Source of the DNA: Chiloscyllium plagiosum
Lineage: Eukaryota
NCBI RefSeq assembly: GCF_004010195.1
Contig: NC_057718.1
Coordinates: 45,195,471 to 45,236,293, forward strand
Direction: 5' to 3'
DNA length: 40,823 nucleotides
Positions 1-11,510 of the stretch are shown here, one piece after another (position 1 is the stretch's first letter; each line of letters begins with the position of its first letter). The notes under the pieces are model-generated. The model was given only the letters and a program-made list of their open reading frames with translations. It was not told the DNA's origin and did not search any database. A program made the translations under genes and the position numbers.

Positions 1-430
1 GTCTCCTCATGTATCCCGGAGATGGGACCGAGGGAGTGATTAATCTTCTCCTGTTCCATTACACCTGACACTTGTCTGAATTACCTTCTCCTTTCTCATG
101 AAAGAAGTCTCAGATTGTTTGCATTCTTATCCATTTCCCTTGCAACAGTCTCGATGGATCTGAATGGCCTCCTATTATCTCAATGTAACAATTCTCCAGT
201 CACTGTGTGACCTCTTCCAATTCCTATGTTACAGACTTGAGTTGGCTCAATGGACTGATCCTGTTGCTGTGTCCAGTGTTATAAGTTCGATGGGACTGGT
301 TGAACTCCTCCTGTAAATGTACATCAGACTCCAGGGGCTGAATAGCCTCGTCCTATTCTGGTGTAACGGGGCCGACGGCCTGAATATTCTTCTGTTGTTC
401 CTGTGTAACAGACCGGAGAATGGAATGGAT
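1..430 (+). repeat. Degenerate tandem array of ~40-45 nt units resembling the CR1 3'-UTR terminal motif
   Basis: Recurrent variants of gggctgaatggcctcctcctgttcctgtgtaaca, e.g. gatggatctgaatggcctcct (~153), ggggctgaatagcctcgtcctattctggtgtaac (~334), ggcctgaatattcttctgttgttcctgtgtaaca (~377). Confidence 0.45.
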
Positions 431-561
431 TCCGTCATTATCTGTGCAATTGGCTTCAGATGTTGACTCCTTCCTTGTCATCTATGTTGAAATAAGATCA
501 TCTTTGATTCTTGTAAACTCCAATGGAAGTTGGATCAACTTCCCCATTTCCCATAAGTTGA

Positions 562-1122
562 GTTCTGGAGTCCTGAGGTCATGTTGCAGTTGTATAAGAC
601 TCTGGTGCGGCCGCATCTGGAGTATTGTGTGCAGTTTTGGTCGCCATACTATAGGAAGGATGTGGAACGGGTGCAGAGGAGGTTTACCAGGATGTTGCCT
701 GGTATGGTAGGAAGATCGTGTGAGGAAAGGCTAAGGCACTTGGGGCTGTTTTCATTGGAGAAAAGGAGGTTTACGGGTGACTTGATAGAGGTGTACAAGA
801 TGATTAGGGGTTTAGATAGGGTTGACAGTGAGAATCTTTTTCCACGTATGGAGTCAGCTATTACAAGGGGGCATAGCTTTAAATTAAGTGGCGGTAGGTA
901 TAGGACAGATGTTAGGGGTAGGTTCTTTACTCAGCGAGTCGTGAGTTCATGGAATGGCCTGCCAGTAGCAGTGGTGCACTCTCCCTCATTATGGGCATTT
1001 AAGCGGGCATTGGATAGGCATATGGAGGATAGTGGGCTAGTGTAGGTTAGGTGGGCTTGGATCGGCGCAACATGGAGGGCCGAAGGGCTTGTACTGCGCT
1101 GTATTCTTGTACGTTCTATGTT
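562..1122 (+). mobile_element. CR1-type LINE, 5'-truncated (RT C-terminus plus 3' UTR)
   Basis: ORF 581-1045 LYKTLVRPHLEYCVQFWSPY...TRGHSFKL...FFTQRVVSSWNGLP is the typical CR1 ORF2 C-terminus; ends in gggccgaagggc...ttctatgtt tail. Confidence 0.95.
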
Positions 1123-1235
1123 GAACCTGAAAGCTACGAGATTTCATGGGGTTCAAAGTCATTGTTGAGGACTCCCACAGCAACTTCCCTACCGACAGTA
1201 TACCACTGTGCTGGGTCTATCCTGCCGGTGAGACA

Positions 1236-1564
1236 CGATAGTAGAGAATATGGTGCTGATAAAACACAACAAATCAGGCAGCATCCCAAGGGCAGGAAGC
1301 CCCGCAAAGACATCTCTCGGACACACACCCACCAACCCGTGGCTGATCACTTCAATTCCTCCTCCCACTCCATCAAGGACGTGCAGGTCCTGGGCCTCAG
1401 AACACCCTCCCATTTATCTCTCAGCCCCGAACCCACAAGCCTAATTCCTAATGAAGGACTTATGCCTGAAATATCAATTCTCCTGCTCCTTGGATGCTGC
1501 CTGACTGCTGTGCTTTTCCAGCACCACGCTCTCAACTCTGATCTCCAGGGTCCTCACCTTCTCT
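1236..1564 (+). mobile_element. Penelope-like element fragment with inverted 5' pLTR and 9-bp TSD
   Basis: GIY-YIG C-terminal remnant (HQPVADHFNSSSHSIKDVQVLGL); pLTR with decayed HHR at ~1445-1480; ~1243-1296 is an inverted pLTR copy; TSD GGTGAGACA at 1227-1235 and 1565-1573. Confidence 0.85.
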
Positions 1565-1719
1565 GGTGAGACAGGACATATCCAGGGTTAGTGATGGTGG
1601 CATCTGTGATAAGTCATACGTATGGAAGCACAGTGAGAAGGACTTTGTAGGGTCAACAGCGCTCTTTTTACCATCCTCTTTTCTGGTGCCTAGGTAGCAA
1701 AATGCCCAGTGATTTGTCT

Positions 1720-2040
1720 GGTCTTACTTCTTTGAGACTTTGTAATGTTTGGTAAAACTGAATGGCTTGCAAGGCCATTTCAGAGGGCAGGTGAGAGTCA
1801 ACCAAATCGTTGCGGGTCTGAAGTCACAGGTCGGCCAGACTAATTGAAGATGACACATTTCGTTCCCTGAGGACATTAGTGAACGAAATTTTTTTTTCCC
1901 CAACAATCGTTTTTAGTAAATTCTTAAGACCAGATTTTTTTAAATTGAATTCAAATTCAACCATGTGCCACAGCAGGATTCAAACCTGGGTCTCTGGATT
2001 CATAGTCTAGCCATAATACCACAAGGCCGTCACCTTCCCC
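1720..2040 (-). mobile_element. tRNA-derived DeuSINE (SacSINE1-like)
   Basis: Minus strand begins with a tRNA-like head (gtggtattatggctagac...ggtttgaatcc) followed by the Deu-domain sequence ttcactaatgtcc...gtgacttcagaccc...ctgccctctgaaatggcc. Family name from recall. Confidence 0.75.
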
Positions 2041-2074
2041 TGTTAAAGCATTTCAGATTGGGGTAGAGTATTGA

Positions 2075-3020
2075 GATTTATAGAAAACTTATTGGCAAAC
2101 AGAAAACAAAGAAAAGAAATAAATGAGTTGTGTTCCAAATGGAAGTCAGTGTCTAGTGGGGTACCGCACGGTTCAGTGTTAGGACCCCAGCTAATCACAA
2201 TATGTATTAATGATTCGGATGAGAAAATTTAACATACTATTTCCAAGTTTACAGTTGACAGAGCTGGAAGGGTGAACTGTGAGGAGAATGCTGAGATGCT
2301 TCAGTGAGATTAAGACAAGCTGAGTGATAGGTAAATGTATGGCAAATGCAGTACAATGTGGATGTGATTATTCACTTTGACAGCAAAAACAAGGCAGCTG
2401 ATTATTATCTGAATGGCTATAAATTAAGGAGGGGGAATGTGCAATGAGACCTGGGTGTCTTCATGTACTAGTCACTGAAGGTAAGCATGCAGGTGCAGCA
2501 GGCACTGAAGAAAGCAAATGGTTTGTGGTTTTCATAGTGCGATGATTTGAGTACAGGAGCAGAGATGTCTTAGTGCAATTGTACTGGGTTTTAGCCAGAT
2601 TTAATGTGGAACCTCCTTAGCTAAGGAAAGATGTTCTTGCTATAAAAAGGGAGTTCAGTGAAGGTTTATCAGACTGATTTCTGGGATGGTGTGATTGATG
2701 TAGGAGGAGACACTGAATGGGTTAGGGTTATATTTGGAGATCAGTAGAATATGGAAAGGAGTCTCAGAAACCTATAATAGGGCTAGACACGGTAGATGCA
2801 GGAAGAATGTTCTTGATTTTTGGGGACACTACCTCAGAAGGCAGTCAAGGCCAAAACACTGATTTCAAAAGATATAGCACTTGGATCTGAAAGAATAAAA
2901 GCATGTCGGGAAAAACAGGTACAGGTTATTGAGTTGGATGATCAGCCATAATGAATGGCAGAGCAGATTTGAAAAGCCAAGTGGACGACTCCTGCTCCTA
3001 TTTTTGATATTTATGTTTTA
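2075..3020 (+). mobile_element. Decayed CR1 LINE (RT region to 3' UTR)
   Basis: ggggtaccgcacggttcagtgttaggaccc (GVPHGSVLGP, RT motif) at ~2159; many stops and frameshifts; CR1 tail gatgatcagccat...actcctgctcctat. Confidence 0.85.
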
Positions 3021-4146
3021 TGCTGCTGAGTGGAGAGGCAGGTTTCTCACTAGCCTGCAGTGAGCCAATTAAAGGGGTATTATAGCTTATTAAACACTAT
3101 AGGAACATCACAACTCACTTCAATAATATTCAGCTTCCTATTTTACTAAACACACCAAACATGATAGACATTGAGAAAGATCACCATGGAAGTCAGAGAG
3201 GGTAGTTGGTGACTTCAGTTTATGATTGGCTGCAACTTGCTGTTTAGTGCTGAGCAGCTTACAGGCATCTCATGGCATGATTGTGGGCACCAGCTGCATA
3301 CATCTTGTGTCCATTGACACTGGCAACTGACATTTATTAATCCCTCACAATCATCGTGTCACCTCTCCAAAGATGCTGAGAAAGCACAGACTTGCGATGA
3401 CAGACTGCTGCAAGAACACTTTCTGCACGAGGACATACATCCACCTTATACACTGTCCCGGGCTGCATCTCCAGATTGCTTGTTTGCTATCTTAACCTTG
3501 CTTACTTAGCCTCCACCTGTATGCTTGCAACATTCATGCCTGGTCTTGCTGTTTCCAATCAGTGCACTTGTACATCCAGGTAGCTTGCCTCACCAATTAG
3601 CATTCCTCAGTCAAGGCCACAGACACTTTTGCATGCTGCAACATGCTATATCAATCTTACACCTACACCATGTGTTAGCAGGTTATATGGTCAACACAAC
3701 GCATGTGCAGAAATCAAGCACCCATGTCTCAGAGTTATACTGGAGAAATCCTCAAAGTGCATGAGCCACCTGACAGTCAGGAGGTCCCAGTACAGGATAG
3801 CAAGGACAGCCCCTGGGGCTCCAAGAAGGGTTACCAGAAAGGGGATCTCAATGTTTAGGGCCTCAATGGCAGAGGCTGAGGCTGGAATTCATTGGCCAAA
3901 GTGCACTGAAAGAATCCTTCCATCATGCAGCAAGTCAAAAGTACGGAAAAGAAAGAAAATGGCTGTTGGACCTACTGATGAGAGTACTTAAAGGGAAACA
4001 TTAACCACAGACCTAAACACTGTATAGAATACAGATTTGCAGGGTCCCGAAATGTTTGTCGCAAATTTCGCTGGCCAACACATCATTGACCACCTCATTC
4101 ACACCAATGCTTTTGGACAAATAAGCCAGGGAAGGAATAAGGATGT

Positions 4147-5403
4147 GAAAAAGTGTTGCTGGAAAAGCGCAGCAGATCAGGCAGCATCCAGGGAACAGGA
4201 GAATCGATGTTTCAGGCATGAGCCCTTCTTCTGGAATGAGGAAAGTGTACCAAACAGGCTAAGATAAAAGGTAGGAAGGGTACCACCCTGACCTCAAATT
4301 TACCTGAACCATCTCAGACTCCTCCCTCCCCTTCCTAGACCTCTCCATTTCTATCTCGGGCGACCGAATCAACACGGACATTTACTATAAACCAACAGAC
4401 TCCCACAGCTACCTAGACTATACCTCCTCCAACCCTGCCCCCTGTAAAAACACCATCCCATATTCCCAATTCCTTCGTCTCTGCCGCATCTGCTCCCAGG
4501 AGGACCAGTTCCAATACCAAACAACCCAGATGGCCTCCTTCAAAGACCGCAATTTCCCCCCAGACGTGATTGACGATGCTCTCCACCGCATCTCCTCCAC
4601 TTCCCGCTCTTCCACCCNNNNNNNNNNNNNNNNNNNNNNNNNNNNNNNNNNNNNNNNNNNNNNNNNNNNNNNNNNNNNNNNNNNNNNNNNNNNNNNNNNN
4701 NNNNNNNNNNNNNNNNNNNNNNNNNNNNNNNNNNNNNNNNNNNNNNNNNNNNNNNNNNNNNNNNNNNNNNNNNNNNNNNNNNNNNNNNNNNNNNNNNNNN
4801 NNNNNNNNNNNNNNNNNNNNNNNNNNNNNNNNNNNNNNNNNNNNNNNNNNNNNNNNNNNNNNNNNNNNNNNNNNNNNNNNNNNNNNNNNNNNNNNNNNNN
4901 NNAACACTTCAACTCCCCCTCCCACTCCTTCAAGGACATGCAGGTCCTTGGACTGCTCCATCGCCAGACCATAGCAACACGACGGCTGGAGGAAGAGCAC
5001 CTCATCTTCCACCTAGGAACCCTCCAACCACAAGGGATGAACTCAGATTTCTCCAGTTTCCTTATTTCCCCTCCCGCCATCTTGTCTCAGTACCAACCCT
5101 CAAACAGCACCACCTTCCTAACCTGCATTCTTCCTGACCTCTCTGCCCCCACCCCCACTCCGACCTATCACCCTCACCTTAACCTCCTTCCACCCACCAC
5201 ATTTCCAACGCCCCTTCCCCCAAGTCCCTCCGCCCTACCTTTTATCTTAACCTGCTTGGCATACTTTCCTCATTCCTAAAGAAGGGCTCGTGTCTGAAAC
5301 GTCAATTCTCCTGCTCATTGGATGCTGCCTGACCTGCTGCACTTTTCCAGCAACACATTTTCAGCTCTGATCTCCAGCATCTGCAGTCCTTACTTTCTCC
5401 CAC
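4147..5403 (+). mobile_element. Penelope-like retroelement (Neptune-like), 5'-truncated, inverted 5' pLTR, 15-bp TSD
   Basis: RT thumb (FLDLSI..TDIYYKPTDSHSYLDY..IPYSQFLRL) and GIY-YIG C-terminus (HFNSPSHS..LIFHLGTLQPQGMN); 4147-4276 is the reverse complement of the 3' pLTR; TSD AAGGAATAAGGATGT at 4132-4146 and 5404-5418. Confidence 0.92.
4618..4902. other. Assembly gap (285 N)
   Basis: Run of N inside the PLE. Confidence 1.
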
Positions 5404-5419
5404 AAGGAATAAGGATGTT

Positions 5420-6030
5420 GCAAGATGTGATGTCTGCAGGACCCCATTGCCTTGCGTAACATTGTTCATCTGGATTCCACATGCTGCAGGAGGGTCTCAA
5501 CACGGTCAATAGTCTAATGGTACCACCCTGTGTCAACATAAAATTCGGTGTCAAGCTGACAGTTACATTCAGGGCTAGAGGGGCTCTCAAAGTCACAATT
5601 GTAAAGGTAAAACAATAAAATTTATACTTGTTCACCTGTGCCAAAGTACCTACAAAAATATTTTTTCTTTCTCTCCCTGCCACTTCATTTTATTGTACAC
5701 CCTGCTTCTGCAGGGAGTCTGCAATACAGTCTATTGATGCTGGAATTTTGGTCAGGGAGCCCCCAAGGTATTTGCAGTTGGACAACCCAGACATGTTGAA
5801 TATTTCTTGACTGCAGCACATGAACGCTCCTCGCCTAAAACTTCCAAGCGTGCAGGTGGAGGGCTCAGCCAGCTCTGGAGTCGCCGGAGAAAATTTCCGA
5901 CAGACCCCGGTTTGGTTGTTATTCTTGTTGGGTGCCTCCTAGTACCATCCTGTCTGCTTGTGAAGAAAAGCGCACAGTGGAAAAACAGGTTCCCTGTACC
6001 TGTTGCGTCTTCAGTTACGATGATCAATGA
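5420..6030 (-). mobile_element. Highly decayed PIF/Harbinger-like DNA transposon remnant
   Basis: Minus-strand translations give DGTRRHPTRITTKP and a frameshifted RS-LQ-KK-FN (Myb/SANT-like), plus LALNVTVSL..NF..CGI resembling the HARBI1-type transposase N-terminus. Similarity judged by eye. Confidence 0.4.
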
Positions 6031-6409
6031 TGGGCTGATGAAGTGCAGGAGTATGCTTCTCCAGCAAACCCTCAGTGCTGGACCTAGCTCGCTATGGCAG
6101 TTAGCGACCTATCCATGGAGCAAGACAATTAAATGAGTCACTGCCCTGCTGCAGCTCTGGGCAACAAGTTCAATTGCATCCCATACATCAGTCTGCTGTT
6201 CCTGTTCTTCCCAGTGCACGTGGATGAAGTCCCTGATTGTTGACACCATCCTGTCCTATCCTGTCAAGGACTGAGCAAGAGCTTTGTGACCAGCAATCAT
6301 CCGATTTGCCAATGGCCTTGGGCATTTTTTTCCCTCAGCCAGTTGCAGAGATTTCACAGTGAGGTGCTCAGATTGTGATCCTACCTTATTAATACTAACA
6401 TCCTCATTG

Positions 6410-6830
6410 GAGGTAGGAGAAAGTGAGGACTGCAGATGCTGGGGATCAGAGCTTAAAAATGTGTTGCTGGAAAAGCGCAGCAGGTCAGGCAGCATCAAAG
6501 GAGAAGGATAATCGACGTTTCGGGCATAAGCCCTTCTTCCTGAAGAAGGGCTTATGCTCGAAATGTCGATTCTCCTTCTCCTTTGATGCTGCCTGACCTG
6601 CTGCGCTTTTCCAGCAACACATTTTTAAGCTCTGATCCCCAGCATCTGCAGTCCTCACTTTCTCCTAGTTGATTTTAACCTACTGCGAATTCTCTTGCAA
6701 GGATGCCTTCCTTGAAGCAGCTCTCCTCCTCCCTCTAGTTCATTCCTGAAGGGGTTATGCCCGAAACGTCGATTCACCTTCTCCTTTGATGCTGCCTGAC
6801 TTGCTGCGCTTTTCCAGCAACATTTTTAAG
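6410..6830. mobile_element. Non-coding PLE-derived element: ~126-bp palindrome plus tandem partial pLTR, with TSD
   Basis: 6414-6539 is the near-perfect reverse complement of 6542-6667; a second pLTR copy lies at ~6741-6830; TSD CATCCTCATTG at 6399-6409 and 6831-6841. Confidence 0.9.
6540..6572 (+). ncRNA. Minimal hammerhead ribozyme motif (near-intact)
   Basis: CUGAAGA-A-GGGC UUAU GCUC-GAAA-U-GUC; predicted cleavage after 6567. Confidence 0.6.
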
Positions 6831-7544
6831 CATCCTCATTGAGGTGTCAGTCTCCAAGTTGGTGAAGGGGGTGGGCACAGGATTCAGCCATGCTGGTTGG
6901 GGATGGCTTCTGGGAGCTAGTCATTTCACCATTCTTGTACTCAGTCTTCCAGATATAAAGGCTGGGATTCAATTAGCATTCTTAATTATTGTCTGTACAG
7001 GTTCTTGACATTTTAAAAACCTGTACACCTGAACTCCCAAGTATGTTTGGACATTCACTGTATTTAATTTCACTCAATCTAAAAAATGCCCTGATCTAGC
7101 CTTTACGGTCCAAAATGGTAACCGCACAGTTGCTTACATTGAACGCCATCTGTTGATGTTACACAGAGTTGCAGTGGAACAAATAGTGCCACTTATCATT
7201 TGGTGCCTTGGCATCTTTACTGTAGTTCCGATCTTCTCTTGTGATGGCCAGGATTCTGTCCACGTATTAGCTGAGGAGCCATACACTGGGCACCCTCCAC
7301 CCGCCCAGCCCCTTTTTACCTTATTGTGGGTTGTCTTCTGGAACAAGTGTAAGTTCTGAAGTGAGTGAGGTGAAAGGTAGTGAGGCACTTGAGTGGGCAG
7401 TATAGGGTTAGTGGTGTGGAAAGTTGAGGCTGGGAGCAGGTGAGGGAAAATGTTGCAGGTGATATGAAGATTGGCGGAGCATGATGTGTGAGGTGTGTGC
7501 TGAAGCAGAGGTAGAATGAGCCAGAGTTGACAGAGGGAAGATTG

Positions 7545-7690
7545 TGTCATTTACCCTGGTACAGCAGAGAAGATCATTGACTTTTTTTACAGCACTGCTA
7601 GCCATTCTACCACACAGCTGAGACAGCACTGACCTGTTTGGCCATCTCTGACTTGCTTGCCCGGGTCTGGTACACATGTTGAATGATGCC
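7545..7690 (-). mobile_element. Myb/SANT-like ORF remnant of a Harbinger-type element
   Basis: cagtgctgtaaaaaaagtcaatgatcttctc reads QCC-KKVNDLL (consensus QCRKKVNDL), followed by a GT donor-like site. Confidence 0.45.
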
Positions 7691-9073
7691 AAGCTAAAGT
7701 TAATTTTCTACATTGTCAATTACTACTTTCTTCCTTCTTTCCAGAACAACAGGTAGTAAAATTGGATGCGACTGATGCAATCAGGGCAGGTAGGTGGTAA
7801 CTGAGTTAATAAATATTTGGTAACACAAGATGACATGTGTCCCTGGGCCTGGGGTAAAACTTCCTCCTAAAAACATGACATCAACTTGTGTTAAGCCAAA
7901 AAAAGGTAAGATTCAGTGCCATGTATCTCTTTCCTCAAATGAAAATGCTTTGCAGCTGACTCTCTCAGATGGCAGAGCTAGGATCAGAATCTGCCATACA
8001 GAAGACAAGGAAAACAAACTTGAATTTTAGCATTAATGTCCCAATAAAGCTATTTCCTAATAAAATAATTAGAAACCAAACCAGACAGCAGGATATGCAA
8101 AAAATAAAATTTAAATGCCGGTCCTTTACCCCCAGTGGCATATTGTACGAATACAGTTCATCAGTGGATAGAAAAAGGCAAGGTTAGGAGAGAAGGAAGA
8201 AAGTAGTAATTGACAATGTAGAAAATTAACTTTAGCTTGGCATCATTCAACATGTGTGAAAGTTGGTATTGTATTCATGCGACCAAAAGGAATTTGTCAA
8301 GCAAACAACCAACATCAAACAAATACATTTCCTAAGTGCAAAGGAAGCTGTTTTAAAGAAGGCGTGTAATTTTAAAGTCAGACAGATGGAGGACAGAGGG
8401 CGAGCAAGCACCTTAATAAAATAAGGTGTTATTTCCTCCTTTCGAATTCATCAACACTTATTTACACCAGCATTCAAAGGGTAAGGAAAATTAAAACCAT
8501 TACTTGAGTTCTCAAAGTGAATTAAAATTGTAACAAAAAAAATTGAAGGAAAGAAAGATATACAAATATATAAAAACTTTCTTGGCCAGCAGCACAAAAC
8601 TGACAACTTGGCAGTCAGACTTTATTATCCAAATAAAGTCAATAGAAATAAAGGAATCTGGCCAACTGTATTAAGAGTTGACTATCCGCCATTGCTTGTG
8701 TTGCCCCACCACCATTTGAAATTTCATCCTCATAAGTCTAGTTAGCATCAAACAGCATTTTTAGAAGCCTAATAGATGATTTACATTTCAAAAGCAAAAT
8801 GTTGCAAGTCCTGGAAATCTGAAATAAAACAATATTTTAGCAGATCAGTTCAACACACTAAATTAAACCAATAAATTAACAGTGAATGAAAGAGAACAAA
8901 AGATAAAATAAAAGTCCTAAATTTACCTCTCAAGGAAGCATTTAAATCAATTCAGGTCGAAATACTTACACCAGAACTGAGAACACTTTTCGGTTCAGTT
9001 ACCTTTCAGTCATTTTTTGAAATGTCCACAAATTTGTTGCATATTTCCAGCAAAGACATCAAAGATCTCTTAC

Positions 9074-9165
9074 CTTGGTCTGAATTGTTTTCAGTTCAGT
9101 TTCCAGTCGCTTTCTTTCTTCCACTTCTTTATTGTATTGTTCCTGCAGTTCCTCTAGTTTTGGAT
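9074..9165 (-). CDS. CENPF: Centromere protein F, 4th coding exon (92 nt)
   Basis: ttacag acceptor, AAG|gtaag donor; (D)PKLEELQEQYNKEVEERKRLETELKTIQTK matches human SKYEDLKEKYNKEVEERKRLEAE; phase 1 to 0. Confidence 0.95.
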
Positions 9166-9522
9166 CTGTAAATCAAACAAACCCTAAATTTTGCTTCAGA
9201 AATTTGATAAAAATTAACGTTTTTGAACATTCTGCAAAATTAATTGTGATTCTATTCCCCAGTTAGCAGTACAGATCTGTCTGTGAATTTTAAAATAAGT
9301 CTTAGTGTTCCAAATCATATTGACCCCATATATTGGCAAATCGTAGGCATAGCAGCTACAAGGAACACTATAATCAATGATACACCAACTAAAAATCAGC
9401 TTAGATTACTTGCTACAGTCTTGAATAGCACTTGTGGCATAAATATCGGTCTCAAAACAGATTGTGCTACCAATAAGTACCAAATTGTGATTTACTCTAA
9501 TGTTTACAATATTATTTCTAAC

Positions 9523-9644
9523 CGAGCTTTCCAGCGATATTCTTAGTTGGTGTCACAGGTCTGGAGAGATTTCTTTGTGGTGTTCTAGACTGTGCATCCC
9601 CTGGCATTACAGTCTGTTGGCTTCGTTCAAGTTCCGACTTGTTT
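9523..9644 (-). CDS. CENPF: Centromere protein F, 3rd coding exon (122 nt)
   Basis: tttttatag acceptor, G|gttaga donor; (R)NKSELERSQQTVMPGDAQSRTPQRNLSRPVTPTKNIAGKL matches human CKSELERSQQ...TPQK...PLTP; phase 2 to 1 joins both neighbours in frame. Not in the ORF track. Confidence 0.9.
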
Positions 9645-10859
9645 CTATAAAAATAAGATTGCTAGTTAGAGGAAAACCTGATCTAGCTGCCCTTATGCTC
9701 ACAGAAGTAGAATTAATTTTTAGTTTATTTCACAGACTAATATAGAAAAATCTTTCAAATATAGTTCAGCCCATCTGCATGATAAAAATTGAGTTAGGCA
9801 ATTGACTTGTCTACATCAGCTTTCTTGGGCATCAAGATCATTTGCATCACTTAATTCCCCGGACCTATATTTCTTCAATTTTTCCACAAATGGCTATGTA
9901 ATATGCAATCTAGCCACCAATTTTATTTTACAGCTTCTAACTCCTCGCCTAGTGGTTCCCAACCTATTCAGCATCAATGCACTCTTCAATAAGGCAAGTA
10001 ATTCCACAGCATACCCACCTTTTTCAGTTGAATTGTTCACACAGGTCACATTTACTTGCATTTAATATACCATCGTAGCAATGGAGATACAGAGCAATCG
10101 ATGATGCTCCCCATATGCTATCCAAACAATCAACCAGCTGCCCACCTTGCAGAGGTTGCCACATGGACCAGTCATGGAGGGGAAGACCATTTGTCTGCAA
10201 GATCAGCTGCTCCCGACTGTGTGAGGCCCAGTGAGCCAATCTCCTGTCCCCTGGGTTCAGCTCCAAGAAAGGGCTGGCTCTGCAAGCTGCAGTTCCAGCA
10301 CTTAACATTTTCTCAGCTCTGCTCAGTTGAGTCCCTGACCAAATGCAATAGCAGCAGCAGATGATCCAACTGACTCAGTACAAAGGTAAAAAAGTGATGA
10401 CTCACTAACGCCGTGCACGATTGACAGTGCCATGCACCAGACACACTGCCCCACAATAACAGCGCCTGCTATCAGCAGGTAAAGCTCACTGCTTCCCAAA
10501 AATTCCATGGCATAACTTCTCACTTTGCTGCAGCACACCACTTGAAAATCACCATCTAGCCTACACAACAGCATACTGTTAGACACTAGCTCATATAGTT
10601 AAATTGCAATTTATGTAATTTGTTAAAAGGAATATATCCTTATATACAGAATAGATTATACCATTATAGTAAATGTTAAATTAATGAGGATAACTTCTGA
10701 AATCACATTATTTTGAATACAGATTTTTAAAATCAAATCTCTATCCTCTTTTCTGAAAATTGACAGGTTGCTAGCATCCAATCCACAAACACCAGTTACC
10801 CTCCAATATCTAATCCAAGAAATTCAGCTCATTGTGAGCATGCAGGCAAGATCTGTGTC

Positions 10860-11510
10860 TCTATGTCACAAATTGACATGACTAGAAAATTGGTTGGCTA
10901 ATAAGCAGCATTAATAGATCTTTTCCACATCAACAAGATGTAATGCGTTGTGTGCCACAGGGATCAATGGGTTATCTTAGGAGGAAAGGTTGGATATGCT
11001 AGGCTCACAGATTAGGAGGAAAAAAGATGATTTAATTGACATCAAAAGATCCTGAGAGTATTTGACGGTTTAGATGTGGGGAGGGCGTTTCTCCAGACAG
11101 GGGAGGATCACTATTTAAAAATCAGGGACAACTCATTTAAACAGGGGCAAAATACTCTTTTTTCCTCTCAGCAAGCCATGAGTCTTTGCAACTCTTCCTG
11201 AAAAAGGGTAGAAGCAGAGTCCTTGAATATTCTTAATAAGCAAAGAGGTTAAAAAGTTATCAGAGAAAGGTGGGAATGCGGTTTTGAGTTTACCCGAGAC
11301 CAGCTATGAATATATTGAATATGGTGGAGCAAGCTTGAGGGCTTAATGGCCTACATTGCTTCTAATTCGTACGTTATTTATTTTCAAAATTAAAATGGAA
11401 ATGTTTGGAGGGATATGGGTCAGAAGCAGGCAGGTGGGACTAATTTAGTTTGGGATATTTTCAGCATGGACTGGTTAGACTGAAGGGTCTGTTTCCATGC
11501 TGTATGACTA
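10860..11510 (+). mobile_element. Decayed CR1 fragments (two 3' ends)
   Basis: gtgccacagggatca RT-motif remnant; CR1 tails gagggcttaatggcctac (~11340) and gactgaagggtctgtttccatgctgtatgact (~11480). Confidence 0.7.

Noticed and set aside
3629..3991. 120-aa plus-strand ORF
   Set aside because: No recognisable domain; intronic, antisense to CENPF and probably within decayed transposon sequence.
4413..5279. Long ORFs of 134-249 aa
   Set aside because: Length is inflated by the 285-N gap; the real parts are PLE fragments.
1..9073. Next CENPF exon (expected ..RDIARHQASSSVFSWQQE..)
   Set aside because: No matching minus-strand sequence found by eye; it probably lies left of the window, making this intron longer than 9 kb.
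10024..10586. Overlapping ORFs with a faint GSIIDC (transposase GAIDC-like) motif
   Set aside because: Similarity too weak to call a gene or an element.
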